Source: Gracilinanus agilis
Lineage: Eukaryota
DNA length: 64,000 nucleotides
Direction: 5' to 3'
NCBI RefSeq assembly: GCF_016433145.1
Contig: NC_058134.1
Location: 47,849,135 to 47,913,134, forward strand
Each line of letters opens with the position of its first letter. The first letter of the stretch is position 1. Below, piece by piece: positions 39,034 through 52,046 of this stretch. A program made the position numbers and the translations under genes. Under the pieces are notes generated by a model that worked only from the letters and a program-made list of their open reading frames with translations, did not search any database and was not told the origin of the DNA.

Positions 39034-39218
39034 TAAAAACCCTTACTTTCTGTCTTAAAATCAATACTGTGTATTGGTTCTAAGGCAGAAGAGCACTAAG
39101 GGCTAGGCAATAGGAGTTATGTGACTTGCCCAAGGTCACACAGTTGGGAAGTGTCTGAGGCCAGATTTGTACCTAGGACCTCCTAGCTCTAAATCCACTG
39201 AGCCACCCAACTGCCACC
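39034..39218 (-). mobile_element. SINE1_Mdo-like SINE, TSD aaaagcatggatttt
   Basis: 15-bp TSD at 39019-39033 and 39220-39234. Confidence 0.9.
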
Positions 39219-40991
39219 AAAAAGCATGGATTTTAAACAAATAACTCCATCTCAGACTTGAAGGCTCATAAGCATTAGAAAAGTTGGGATAAAAATGCAC
39301 CAAGAATGAGCAGGGACTTGAGAGGGAATCCAGTACTGCCTAAATAACCATTAGAAGATGGAAAATGGACTCCAGAAGTCATCTTTATGTTTTTGGCTAC
39401 TTCATCATCTCAGACATTCTTTACTCCTCCTTGCCTCTGTAATGGAAAGAAGGGGCTCTTTACAAACTGGTGAATGATGACAAACCTTATGGCACATATC
39501 CAATGGTGATTTGCCAGACCTGACCCAGAAAATTCCATATGTCAGCGATTTGCATGATCAATTCTCGGTTATTTCCAAGGACTCTAATCATTGTTTGACG
39601 ATCCTAGAGTCCTTGTTAGTCTACAGACCCCAGGGTCACCTCCAAACTCAATGAAAAAACAACTTAAATACTGATGTGGATAATTGATGAAGAAGAGAGA
39701 AAGGGAGAAGATAGGATAGGATGGAGTATTTAGTAACAGTTAAATATTCCTAAGAATTTGGGGATAGAGGATAAATACAGTTGATCTAGAGTCTTTGGGG
39801 ATTATTTCAATTCCAAGAAAGGTAACCACAGGCAGTATAGGTGATGAGAAGTCAAGAATGCTAGTCCAACCACTCAGGATGTTTCTCCCACTCAATAGGA
39901 GAGGATGATTAGCTAAAAAGTAACATTCTCCTCATTCTTCTTGCTTTCCCATCCCCTCCAAGTACCACTATATTAAAGGATTATTCATAGTCACTAGAGC
40001 CAAAATAGTCTAATACAAATGCTACTTATGGTTGAGAAAGGAAAGAGTGAGTCCTCTTTCTCCATTTATTCTACACTGGCCTCTCATGACCACACCACTT
40101 CCCCACCCCTATCCCAGGGATCAGAAGTTGAAATGCTCCCAAGGATCAAGAATTGTGTTTTAGGTCTTCCACTCCCAAACCTAAAGTATATCATCTGGAT
40201 AGAGTTATGCCATCATGAAAGAGCAGGGACTTCTCAAAAGCAAATACACAGACACCTCTCCAATCAAATCCTTAACCCTAAGATTAGTGATCAGGTTCCC
40301 AAAGACACAGTACATTTCCAGAACCTTTTCTTGCATAGAATAAAAGGTAGTTCAAATTCACAGCCATCCCTCCTACTCCATAATAATTGGTTACTTTAGC
40401 CATTCATCTCCAGAGTATCCTGGCAGAGATTTGATTTTCAGAGATGGAACCTAAAGAGATAAAAAAAAAACCCACTGATGCTATATCACTTCACTCTTCA
40501 GTGAACAGACCTTATGTACTTCAGAAGAGCAAAAAAACAGATTTTTATGAAGCTGCATTAAATCCAGATATTGAGAAATATTGGAAAAATATAAATGATC
40601 CAGAATGGTTACATACACACACATACACACACACATATCCCTTGTCTCTAAATGTAGCCTCAATTTATAATTCTTTTATATCCCAATACCTGTTGGGCTT
40701 TGGCAGAAAAAAGGATATTGCAAAGGGAAGAAAGCATATGATGGTAAAGCTCAGAAGGCAAAAAAATGTACACTAGAGCTTAAAAGTAAGAGAGAAAGAG
40801 AAAAAAGAAAGTTCTGCTTCCTTCCTTTCTCTCTACCTCAAGCATTAAGTAAAGCTCTGCAAAAAATAATAATAATAAAAGAAAAGCATCTGGGTCTTTG
40901 TATTTCATATCTACTAGTTTATTGTACACACATTAAACTCAGTGACATAAGTCACCAGAACAGTAAACTTTTGACATTTACTATTCTGCAG

Positions 40992-41134
40992 GGTTACATC
41001 AAATATTCTGCTCTTTTTTATGGCTACTACAACAACCAGAGAACAATTGGATGGCTGAAGTACAGGCTGCCAATGGCTTACTTCATGGTCGGGGTCAGTG
41101 TGTTTGGTTACAGCCTAATGGTTGTCATTAGATC
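40992..41134 (+). CDS. TMC2: Coding exon, 143 nt, TM2 (human exon 9 equivalent)
   Basis: ctattctgcag|GGT ... GATC|gtaagt; GYIKYSALFYGYYNNQRTIGWLKYRLPMAYFMVGVSVFGYSLMVVIR. Confidence 0.97.
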
Positions 41135-41761
41135 GTAAGTAGAATTCCTTCATTTAAAATGTTTCTGTTTCCTCTGTGTTAGCTGTCTTTGAAAGTCAGA
41201 TTTCCACAGATCACCACAAATTTCCTATGCAAAGTTCACACTTTCATCTAAAAGACCAATGATACTGGAGTCTCTCTCCCAGCATAGCTCATGATTAAAT
41301 CTGCAGTATCCTTATTTATTCTTAATACCCAATGGGCAACTAGGTGGTACAGTGGATAGAACACCAGGAACATTTGAGTCCAAATCCAACTTCAGAAACT
41401 TGCAAGCTGTGTGACCTGGGCAAGTCAATTGACTTCTGCCTGCCTCAGTTTCTTTATCTATAAGATAGAAATGATAACACCTATGTACCAAGACTGTTGT
41501 AAGAACAAAATAGGATAATACTTGTAAAGTGGTTTGTAAACTCAAAGCACTTTACAAATGCTATCATTAATATTACCCCAGCACTGAGGTTTGTGGGACT
41601 ACACATGCACCAGGGACAGCTCCCTCATTCATGCCTCACTTGCCAGTAGAATGATGAAACTAAAAAAGTCTTGAGCCCCAAGAATTGATCAGTTATATGC
41701 AGACCTAGCTTAATATCCTACTGGGATATTGCACATAAAAACTAAGATTTCTTCAGAGAGA

Positions 41762-42308
41762 GAGAGGCAAGGAAAGAAGGAAGGAAGGAAGGAAGGAAGA
41801 AAGGAAGGAAGGAAGGAAGGAAGGAAGGAAGGAAGGAAGGAAGGAAGNNNNNNNNNNNNNNNNNNNNNNNNNNNNNNNNNNNNNNNNNNNNNNNNNNNNN
41901 NNNNNNNNNNNNNNNNNNNNNNNNNNNNNNNNNNNNNNNNNNNNNNNNNNNNNNNNNNNNNNNNNNNNNNNNNNNNNNNNNNNNNNNNNNNNNNNNNNNN
42001 NNNNNNNNNNNNNNNNNNNNNNNNNNNNNNNNNNNNNNNNNNNNNNNNNNNNNNNNNNNNNNNNNNNNNNNNNNNNNNNNNNNNNNNNNNNNNNNNNNNN
42101 NNNNNNNNNNNNNNNNNNNNNNNNNNNNNNNNNNNNNNNNNNNNNNNNNNNNNNNNNNNNNNNNNNNNNNNNNNNNNNNNNNNNNNNNNNNNNNNNNNNN
42201 NNNNNNNNNNNNNNNNNGGAAGGAAGGGAGGGAGGGAGGGAGGGAGAAAGGAAGGGAGGGAGAAAGGAAGGGAGGGAGAAAGGAAGGAAGGGAAGGAGGG
42301 AGGGAGGG
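41762..42308 (+). repeat. (GGAA)n/(GGGA)n purine tract spanning a 370-N assembly gap (41848-42217)
   Basis: GGAA repeats to the left of the gap and GGGA/GGAA repeats to the right. Confidence 0.95.
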
Positions 42309-42396
42309 AATTCCTGAGTTTTGCTGGGAGCATTATGTTTGGCCAAAATAAACCAATGACACTGTCTCTTGCTTCTATGTAATATTTCTCTTGCAG

Positions 42397-42544
42397 AATG
42401 GCCAGCAATGCCCAAGAAAGCACAGGTGAAGGAAATGGTGACAACTTCACTTTCAGTTTCAAAATGTTTACTAGCTGGGACTATTTGATTGGCAATCCAG
42501 AGACAGCTGACAACAAGTATGCATCTATAACCACCAGCTTCAAG
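42397..42544 (+). CDS. TMC2: Coding exon, 148 nt (human exon 10 equivalent)
   Basis: tttctcttgcag|A ... AAG|gtagcc; [49 protein letters not shown]. Confidence 0.97.
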
Positions 42545-43596
42545 GTAGCCAGCCTCCTGGGGCCACTTTCTTCCTGGGGAAATTTCCTAGCATTTTAGGC
42601 ACTGGCAGAAACCAACTCAGTTAGAGCTTTAGAAAGAAATTTTCCTAACATCCTCATGTCAGAAATTTTATAAGATAGGATTAAGCCTTTATCTCAGGTC
42701 TTAGAAGGGAAAAATTGTTATTTGTTCTTAATGAATGAACCTCTTAGTATCCATTCCTTATAATGAAGAATTGCTCTATCCATAATACCTTCCTTTTCTC
42801 TTTTCTTCCTTCTCTATTTCTCCTTTTCTATTCTATTATTCTTTCCTTTCTCTGGTATATGCCTTAAGGTTGGCCCCAGAGCAACTAAATCATTATTTGG
42901 GACCCATGGTAATGATAAGAACAAAAAAAATTCTTGACTGCTTGGCTAAGAACCAGGTCAATATTAGCAATAAGCAAAGATGAAAGCTGTTTACCTGGTA
43001 TAATTTGAGTCATCAGGCAGGAACTTCGACTAAAAATCGATCCCTTCTTTTGGATCTGGAAAGCTTTTCTTTCTGTCAGTCATCTGTGGAAATTAAATAC
43101 TTGCAAAAGGCATTTAAGTTGGAATGGATCATAAAATCAGGAAGGTGTTGGAGTTAGGGATGGGAGAAGGAGTTGGGGAAATATAAAGGAAGAGATTATC
43201 TCGAAGGAGAATGTGAGCGCTCATAGAAGATGGGGAATGGCTACAAAGACAAACTATATCTACTTCACAATTGTGTCTAAGGACTGACCCTGCCTGTAGT
43301 CTCTCTCCTCTGTCTGCTAGGAATATATTTGCAATGATGGTCAAACAATTATACAGGAACAATGAGGCAAGCCCATTGTTTTTGGAGAATGCTATAAAAC
43401 AGTGTCTCCTGATTATCTGCTGAATCAAGTCGAAATTTCTGCCTAGTTTTCAAGTTCCTCAAAAACCTCATTTCCCACTGACTCCCAATAGCAACAGACC
43501 CTTCTCCACAATTTTCCCAAACAAATACATCAGGTTAGTTCCCACCTCCATGCATTTGCTCTGCTCTTCTGCACTTCTACCTATTTAAATGTACTA

Positions 43597-43795
43597 GAGG
43601 GCAGCTGGATAGCTCAGTGGATTAAGAGGCAGGTCTAGAGACAGGAAGTCTTAGGTTCAAATCTGACTTCAGACACTTTCTAGCTGTGTGACCCTGGCAA
43701 GTCACTTGACCCCCATTGCTTAACCCTTACCACTCTTTTGCCTTAGAACCAATACACAGTATTGATTCTAAGATGGAAGGTAAGGGTTTAAAAAA
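43597..43795 (+). mobile_element. SINE1_Mdo-like SINE
   Basis: Full-length pattern ending aaggtaagggtttaaaaaaa; flanking aaatgtac duplication. Confidence 0.9.
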
Positions 43796-44088
43796 ATGTA
43801 CCTCAAGGTTCCAGCGATTTTTCACATCCACCAAAAACCTTCCTGCACTACTTTGAGCTCCCTGCCTCACCATATCTTTCTCCTCAGAATTGATTTCTGT
43901 TCACATACTTCCTTTTGTCTAATTCATAGAATCATAGAAACGTCTCAGAGCTGAAAAGATCTTTTGGAGATCATATAACCCAACATCTTCATCTGGCAGA
44001 TTTTTTAAAAAAAACTGAGACCAGTAAAAGAGCTGGGATTTAATATCAAAAGTCACTTGGTGAGAGACAACATGGAAAGGCACTAGAG

Positions 44089-44287
44089 CAGGGGTGGGCA
44101 ACCTTTTTGGCCGTGAGAGCCACAAACGCCACATTTTTTAAAATGTAATTTCGTGAGAGCCGTCCAGTGCTCACAGTGCCGCTCCTGTAACAGCGCCTGA
44201 AAAAAAATGGACTTTATGGCTCCTGCAGAAAGAGCCAAATCTGGCCCTCAAAAGAGCCAGATATGGCTCGAGAGTTGCTGACCCCTG
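44089..44287. mobile_element. Young hAT MITE, 199 bp
   Basis: TIRs CAGGGGTGGGCAAC / GTTGCTGACCCCTG (12/14), perfect 8-bp TSD CACTAGAG (44081-88, 44288-95), retained CpGs and repeated GAGCCA subterminal motifs. Confidence 0.95.
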
Positions 44288-45578
44288 CACTAGAGTGTAG
44301 TTAGAGTCAGAAATCCCAGCTATGACACTTAACAATTTTGTGTCTGTTGGCAAATCACCTAACCTCTCTGAACTTCAGTTTCTTCATCTATAAAATAAGT
44401 ATGATAATACCTAGAGCACTGATTTCACAGGGTTACTATAGGAATCAATTATATATGTAAAATACTTTACAAACATTGAAGACCAGCATAAAGCTCAGAT
44501 GTTGTGGTATTATGAATGACAAATATGAGAGTAGGAGGTCTCCTTGTTCCCAGTCAAATACTCTTTCCATAGGAAAATACCTGCTGGTCTTGCATTCCCA
44601 AATAAAAGATTAACTCCACCAGATCTCCTACTTCCCATCCATGGTGCCTTAGCATATAGCAGGTGCTCAAAATATACTTATTGTTTGATTAACAAGATCT
44701 TCTTCCAAGTGGTGAAGGAAGTAATTTACTAAATAGCCATAGCACTGTGGGGAATAGTAAATAGTCTATCAGTATTATAGCTACTTTTACCCAAAGACAA
44801 ATAGTAAGTAGTATTCTTGGCATATAACCTTCAAACATGTTTAAAACCAGAGACTGACCTACAGTGTTTACTCTTTGGTACTGATATTCATTCATTCAGC
44901 AAGTATTTGAGTAAATACCAAGGAAGGCCAGCTCTTTGAGTCCAGGAAGAGTTTTATTTGTATTCTCAGAGCCTAGCACTGTAATTTGAATGTTAGGAGA
45001 TTGGGAGGAAAGTGGGGTATTAAACAGACAACTTGATTCAGTTTGAGAAACTCCCAATGCGAAAACTGCCCACAGATCAATAACTCAAACAAAACTTACA
45101 TCCTTAGGAGATCATCTGGATCCCTGAGAGGTTGTGACTTGTCCGTGGCCACAGGGATGGCATAAGTCATAGATAAGACTTAAACTCAGGTCTTTCTGAT
45201 TCCAAGACCAACCACATTGCCTCTTATTTTGTCTGTAGCTTCATTTTTATTTGGTTGGGTTTTTTAAACTTCTTCTTTTTAAAACCCTTACCTTTTATCT
45301 TAGAATCAATACTGCATATTGATAAATCAATAGTGCTCTTTATCCACTGAGCCACCTAGCTGCCCCTTCCTATATGTTTGTTGAGTGGAATTGATCACAC
45401 AACTTCAGAAAATACAAAAGTGTATAAAGTTCCTGCCCTTGGGGAGTTTGTAGTGTACTATATAACCTTTTACACCTGATCACTCCTTCCATTTTGAGTC
45501 TGAAAGGCCAGGCTATAATTCCAGATTACTTCGATATTATTTTTTGCTTTTTGCTTTTTTTTTTTAAATTTACATAAG

Positions 45579-45767
45579 GAATCCATTGTGGATGAACAAG
45601 AAAGCAACAAAGAAGAAAATATCCACCTGACCAGATTCCTCCGAGTTTTAGCCAATTTCCTCATCATCTGCTGTTTGTGTGGAAGTGGGTATCTCATTTA
45701 TTTCGTGGTGAAGCGATCCCAGGAATTCTCCAAAATGCAAAATGTCAGCTGGTATGAAAGGAACGAG
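45579..45767 (+). CDS. TMC2: Coding exon, 189 nt, TM3 (human exon 11 equivalent); AAG acceptor and GC donor
   Basis: tttacataag|GAA ... AACGAG|gcaagt; ESIVDEQESNKEENIHLTRFLRVLANFLIICCLCGSGYLIYFVVKRSQEFSKMQNVSWYERNE. The boundaries are fixed by the peptides of the flanking exons. Confidence 0.95.
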
Positions 45768-46272
45768 GCAAGTAGGGGAAAGCTGAGTTACCACTCACAT
45801 TGGGTCAAAGGTTGTGCACAGTAAAATCTGGCCATCTCAGGCAAGCAGAGGGTTAAATGAAATCAGTCTGAATCCATAAAAACTTAAATTACAGATTTTT
45901 TAGATATTTTTAAGCAGATGTGGCAAATTGAACTTAGCTACTGAGCATTGCCTTTTAGAGTGCCTTAACAGATCTGCTTTAATAAGCTGATAAGGATGAT
46001 TTATAATTAATGTATGAATTATCTGTAGTTTAAAATGAGAGCTTCTAGAGTGTGGGGAGATAGCTGGATCTTTGAAATCAATGAAATATTCTTGCTTTTA
46101 ATCTCATGTGCGGTATCAACTGCCTTAGCAAACTCATTCCCACTACAATGATAAGATCAATGAATAAACACTTATTAAAATCCTTTTTATGATAGGTATA
46201 CTAGATGATGGGGATTCAAAGGCAAAGCCAGAATAACTTCTTTCTTCGAGGAGCTTGTATTGAATCCTATGT

Positions 46273-46470
46273 AGGGGCAGCTAAATAAGCCCACTAGATA
46301 GAGTACCAGACCTGGTGTCATTAGGTCCTACATTCAAATTTGGCCTCAGAAACTTCCTATTTGTGTGACCCTGGGCAAGTCACTTAACCCCCATTGCCTA
46401 GCCTTTACTACTCTTATATCTTAGAATTGATACCAAGATGGAAGGTAATGGCTTAAAAAAAGAAAAAGAA
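46273..46470 (+). mobile_element. SINE1_Mdo-like SINE
   Basis: ggggcagct...ttcaaatttggcctcagaaacttcc...gtgtgaccctgggcaagtcacttaacccccattgcctagcc, with A tail. Confidence 0.85.
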
Positions 46471-47500
46471 AGAAAAGTCAGACTGACTACTTTTAAAAGT
46501 CGCTCACATTCTAATGGAAGGGAAAACTCATGGAAGATTTTATAAATTATATTTCTATACAAGTTCTATATTATGTATAAATGCATAAATTTATAATTTA
46601 TATAATTATATAATTTACATTATAAATTTAGTTATAAATTAGGTGGAAAAGTCCTCTGGCCCATAGGTGTAGTGGCAAAGCCAATGGCAATGCCTCTTCT
46701 TTAATGTCATTTCTATTGATAAAATGATATTATTTTCTGATACTGAACCATTTGACAAGACAAGGACCTTGGTGACGGAACCTTTCCTTTCTGGGTCTTC
46801 AGTAGCAAGGACTGTAGTCCCTTCAGGAATAGTGTCTAGTCTGTGTCTCCACAGAGATGGTTTCTCAGGATGATGGCTGAAGCATGACTATTTCCAAAAT
46901 TATTCCTGACGTTTCTCTATTAGGATTAGCTATTGAGTGGATCAAACTACACGAGTGGTTAGCAAACATTTAATTTTGAGCCAGTATAGCACATTTTTGT
47001 TAGTAGAGGAACTCTTCCACCTATTCTGATGACAAGTGTCAGAAAGGGGTCTGAGGCACTAAGAGAAGTAGTTACTTGACCATGGATCCACAGCTAGAAA
47101 GTGTCCCAGGTGGAATCAGAACTCAAGTCTTCCTCACTCTGACCATTACACTCCACTAACTCTGCTTTCTATATAATAAGTTCTCTCTTAAGGCCTGCCA
47201 AAAGAATAAATGGATCACTGGATGGATTTCTCCAATCTCTACCTTATAAAGAAATCTCCCAGGGTACCAAATTTCTCTCTGAATATTCCAGCTATGATAT
47301 GAGCTGCCATAGCACAGTATTACTGGGGAAATACAACAAGGAACTGGACTTGATAGTACCATTGTGTCAAAAAGTTGGCAGGCTAAATAGAAATAAAATT
47401 ATAAAGTCTATGATTGTGATATTGGCATTATGATTGTAGCAGCATTGATTAATTGTGATAAAAACAAATTAATCACAGACTAACTTTTTCCATTTTTCAG

Positions 47501-47680
47501 GTTGAAATTGTAATGTCTCTGTTAGGGATGTTTTGTCCACCACTGTTTGAAACCATTGCTGCCTTGGAGAACTACCACCCTCGAATTGGGTTGAAATGGC
47601 AGCTAGGACGTATCTTTGCTCTCTTTCTTGGAAACCTCTACACTTTCCTGTTAGCCTTAATGGATGATGTCCACCTGAAG
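47501..47680 (+). CDS. TMC2: Coding exon, 180 nt, TM4-TM5 (human exon 12 equivalent)
   Basis: ccatttttcag|GTT ... AAG|gtaaaa; [60 protein letters not shown]. Confidence 0.97.
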
Positions 47681-50600
47681 GTAAAAGGCACAAATACTGC
47701 CAATGGCATGTCTCCAGAATATTTTACACTTGGTCATTTTTATTCTTATAGTTAACATGAACAACAGTTTCATTTTATAATAACTTACAATAATATTCAG
47801 TTATGCATGGTGTACAGGGAGCCAGCCTTTGAATCAGGAAGACCAGAGCTCAAGTCCCACTTCTGACACAAATTAGCTATGTGACAGAGCACAAGTTGCC
47901 TTGGGCAACTCTCTAAATCTATAAGATTTTAAGGAAGTGCCAATATGCATTGGTCAAGAGAGTTTACTCACTGGTCGCTCCTAAAAAACAATAAAACTAC
48001 AAGTTCACCCTCCAAAAAAATTCCACTTTATGGAAGATGTGACAACCCTAAGGGGTAAGAAATGTGATTGTTATTATCTCAGTTTTACAGAAGAAGAAAC
48101 TGAGATTTAGATTTTGTCCATGGTAACTTAACTAAGAAGTATCAGAACCAAGATTTGGACCCTTGCTCCAAGATCAACGCTCTGACCATTGACTCCCAGG
48201 ATGATGTGAACACAACAGTACTTCATCCAAAAATGCCATCATCCTCAAAGTTTGTGACGGACAACATCTTTTTTAAGTCCCTGCTAGTAAAAGCTACTTG
48301 CACTCTTAGGTCTCAATAGCCCTTTTAATATTCAAATGAAAAAGGCAGGTTTTCCTTTACTTTACAGAGATGACTGAGCATTTCTTCTTTGTTCTACAGG
48401 GTAAATGGTAAAAGGGAGATAATATGAAAATGAGGAGACTCAAATTCCTTTTCCAGTTCATGTACAAATAAACTGGATGACCTTGCCCAGATGTTAATCT
48501 GTCTGAGGCTATGAAATCACTATTTTTTATCTGTAAATTAAAGAGTCACATTAAGTGATCTCTGAGGTTCCTTCCAGTTCTAAAATCCTATGATTCTAAG
48601 AATTGTTAATATCTGAAACACTGAATTACCTCTAGCTGAATAATCTCTATGACTATCATTCATCAACTTGCAGTCAAGTTTCGAGGAAGAGACATTATCC
48701 TTCTTGTCCACATCTGAGAAGAAACACTGCAGCAAAGGCTTTGAATAATTTTTAAAATTAAAACTACTGATAGAGCTTGGATCATTCAAGGCCACTTTGT
48801 GGTCAAATGCCTTATTGGATTATTTGTACTCCATACTTCTCTTTCCTGACTTGCCTGTACCCTACATCTCATCTATAAGTCTACCTTTAGCCATTTATCA
48901 TCTATCCTTTTGTTGAACATTCTTCTTGATCCTTTGCCAGCAATGGACCCCTTGGAACCTTGATGATGGAGGTTGGGTTTTTCAGTGTTATCTAATTAAA
49001 ACTGGCCTAGATTATCTTCTCTGATTTATGCACAATACCTCAATTTCCATAACTACAAAATCAGAATGGCAAAACTTTGACCCTGGGCATCTTTTAGAAG
49101 TTCTACTTATAACCACTGAAGTCTTGAGAGGTGGTACATATTAAATTTAAGTTGATTTATTAATCGACTGCTCAAGAAAATCTAAACTAGCCAGTAGACT
49201 CCCTCCATAATCCAAATGGACACCAAGGAGTAGGAGCAGGCCAAAAGATTGATGCAAAAAGAGAGAGCAAGTTCCTATGGCAGACAGACCAATATATACC
49301 CTTTGTGTTGTCACCATTCAGTCCCTCCCCAAGACATTTCTGATTGGAAAATTTTCAGAGAAGGGGGGCCTAAAGACCTCAACTTCTTCCTCATTACTTC
49401 ATCGCAGGGAGAAGCTGGACTCAGGAGGATGCCAACACCTTTCCTTGCCCTTCCTCCTTGACATATGTCTGGATGACTGTAGTCCAAAATGGTGGCTAGA
49501 GCTTGCTGACTTATCTTACTTAAAGAGTTCTTGTTTACAGATAAATAAGTAACATGTGTCCACTCTGCTTCTAACAAAGCCAGTCCAGTGAGATGCCCTG
49601 AGGGATGGGCATAAATTACTTTAACTTAGAAGGTGGTTGAGCTTCTAAACCCAAAGTTTAAGAAAGGTTTCATATTAAAATTAATACAGTTCAATATTAA
49701 TTTCCCACATACTTCATTTGAGGACTTTGAACCTTTTTTGATGTTAAATACTCCAGAGATAAAGGGATTTTGAACCCATTATTTCAACAGAATTGGGAAT
49801 TCCAGGGTGAAGAATCTCTCTACCCCTATAGATCATCAACTTATATTGTCTTCCAGAGTTGCCCAGAACACTAAGAGATTAAGTGCTTTGACTCAGGTCA
49901 CGAACCTGTCAAAGGAAGTACTTGAACTCAGATATTTATTATTCAACACTCTCTCTCCACCATATTCTCTCTAACAAGGCTTCAAATATTTGAGGGAAAT
50001 TATATATATATATATATATGTGCGTATATATAATTTATGACTACTATTCTCTTCTTTAAGAGGCCTTCTTTCCTCTGAGAAAAAAATAGTCACAGTTCTC
50101 TTAATCTTTCCTCATAACTCCTCCCTTTTCAAGAACTCTCAAGTTTCCCTACATTGATTAGGGAAAGGAGAGCCAAAAAGAAAGCATTCCCCTTTCCTCA
50201 AACCCTCATTTGGAAAGGCGGAATCAAGGGATTTTGAAATTGCTGTGGGGGTCCAGATATTAAAGTTATGCTACTGCCCATGTAGTATCCTTTGCTATTC
50301 TCAGGTTCTGTGTAGCTATTCAGGGATAATCCCTTGTGAATTATGTGCCTAGTCCAAAAAATATATTACTCCATTCCTAGACTACACCAGGGGCATGTAA
50401 AAGTGCCCACTAGCAAAAGTCCACTAGCAAAAGCAATTGATTGGCATGAAACAAAGTAAATAAGAGAATCAAATGATAAAACATTCTCTCCTCTGGGGGA
50501 ATATTCCTATTCCGTCCATCCATCTGCCCTTTAGCCTCCTTATAAGAAGGATTTCCCAGATACACCTATGTCTACACATGAAAAAAAGTGATCTCCTACA

Positions 50601-51325
50601 TATCCGTGGAAATTATAATCAATTTCCCTTCTCATCCCCAATTCCCCCACATATTTGAAGGGACAAAGTACTTCAGAACTCCCAGTCCAAATAGGGAATA
50701 TTTAGAGAAATGGCATCAAACTCAAATAGAAACAGGCACCATAAAACCATACATAAAGATCCCTATAGTTTTAATATGTAATATTACCTGTGTTTCATCA
50801 TATTTTTATTTGATTTATTAAATATTTCCCAATTACATCTTAATCTGAATCAGGTCACCCTTTGGAATGCTATGAGCTGCCTGTGATCCATGTTTTTGAC
50901 TCTTCTGACCTAGTGGATCATCTATTTCTGGAAGTCTTTTCCAGAATTCCTTCAGGCAGGTTAAACAATGGCAGAAACTTTCACATTGGCTCAGAAACTA
51001 CTAAGGGTCAGATACAATTTTGGAATCCATTGGTACTCTGATATACAACTGTCATAATTACCTAGCCTCTAAGAAGTCTTCCCATGCTGCTCACTCCATG
51101 TCTCCTTCTTCTGCATTCACTGGCCAAAGCATTTTAAAACTCCCACCCACCTTGTAGTACTCCCACCCTCCTTCTGAGACCCCATCAGGGACTGTCACTA
51201 CATCAAAAGCTCATTCACAACCTTCCAGGAAACACAGTCCAGAGAATCTCTCCCAATTCATGAGGTGTTCAGAGATAGAAGCATTAGAAGTCCTCCATAA
51301 GTTTTCTATGGTTACTTTCCAATAG

Positions 51326-51524
51326 TTTTTTAACCCTTACCTTCTGTCCTAGAATCAATAGTGTATATTGGTTCCAAGGCAGAAGAGTGGTAAGGGCTAG
51401 GCAATGGGGGTTTAAGTGATTTGCCCAGGGTCAAACAGCTAGGAAGTACCTAAGGTCAGGTTTGAACCCAGGTCTTCCTACCTCTACACTTGGTTCTCTA
51501 TTCATCGAGCCACCTAGCTGCCCC
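51326..51524 (-). mobile_element. SINE1_Mdo-like SINE
   Basis: taacccttaccttctgtcctagaatcaata...gagccacctagctgcccc. Confidence 0.9.
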
Positions 51525-52046
51525 TCCAGTATTTTTAATCATCTTTCTAGTTCTCCTCTGAACCCACTCCAGGATCCCCTCATACCTTCAATGTGGCATC
51601 TAAAATGGGACACACAACTCTTTTAAGTGTCTGCCAAGATCCAATCCATAGTGTTTCAGTGATTTGTGACAGTCTAAGATCACAGGATTTAGAGCTAAAA
51701 AAGATCTAAGAAGTTATCTAGTCCAACCTCATTTTACAGATGAGAATACTGAGATCCGTCATGTTAAATATTTGTACCAAGTCAAAGGATGTAGTAAAAG
51801 AGCTAGAATTTGAACCCAAGTCCTGTGACTCAAAAAACTGAAGTTTTCCCACTGCCATATACTAGGTTAATTATCCAAACCCCTCATTAGCAAATGAAGA
51901 GAGGAAAGAAGTCATACAGACAACTGGTGGCACAGTCAAAACTAGGACTTGGGTCTCCTGATTCCTCATCCAGGACTTTCTCTGGCTTGCAAGCTACCTT
52001 GTTTTGATGGACTCCCAGTGCTGACTTTGCCAATCTTTCTTTCTAG

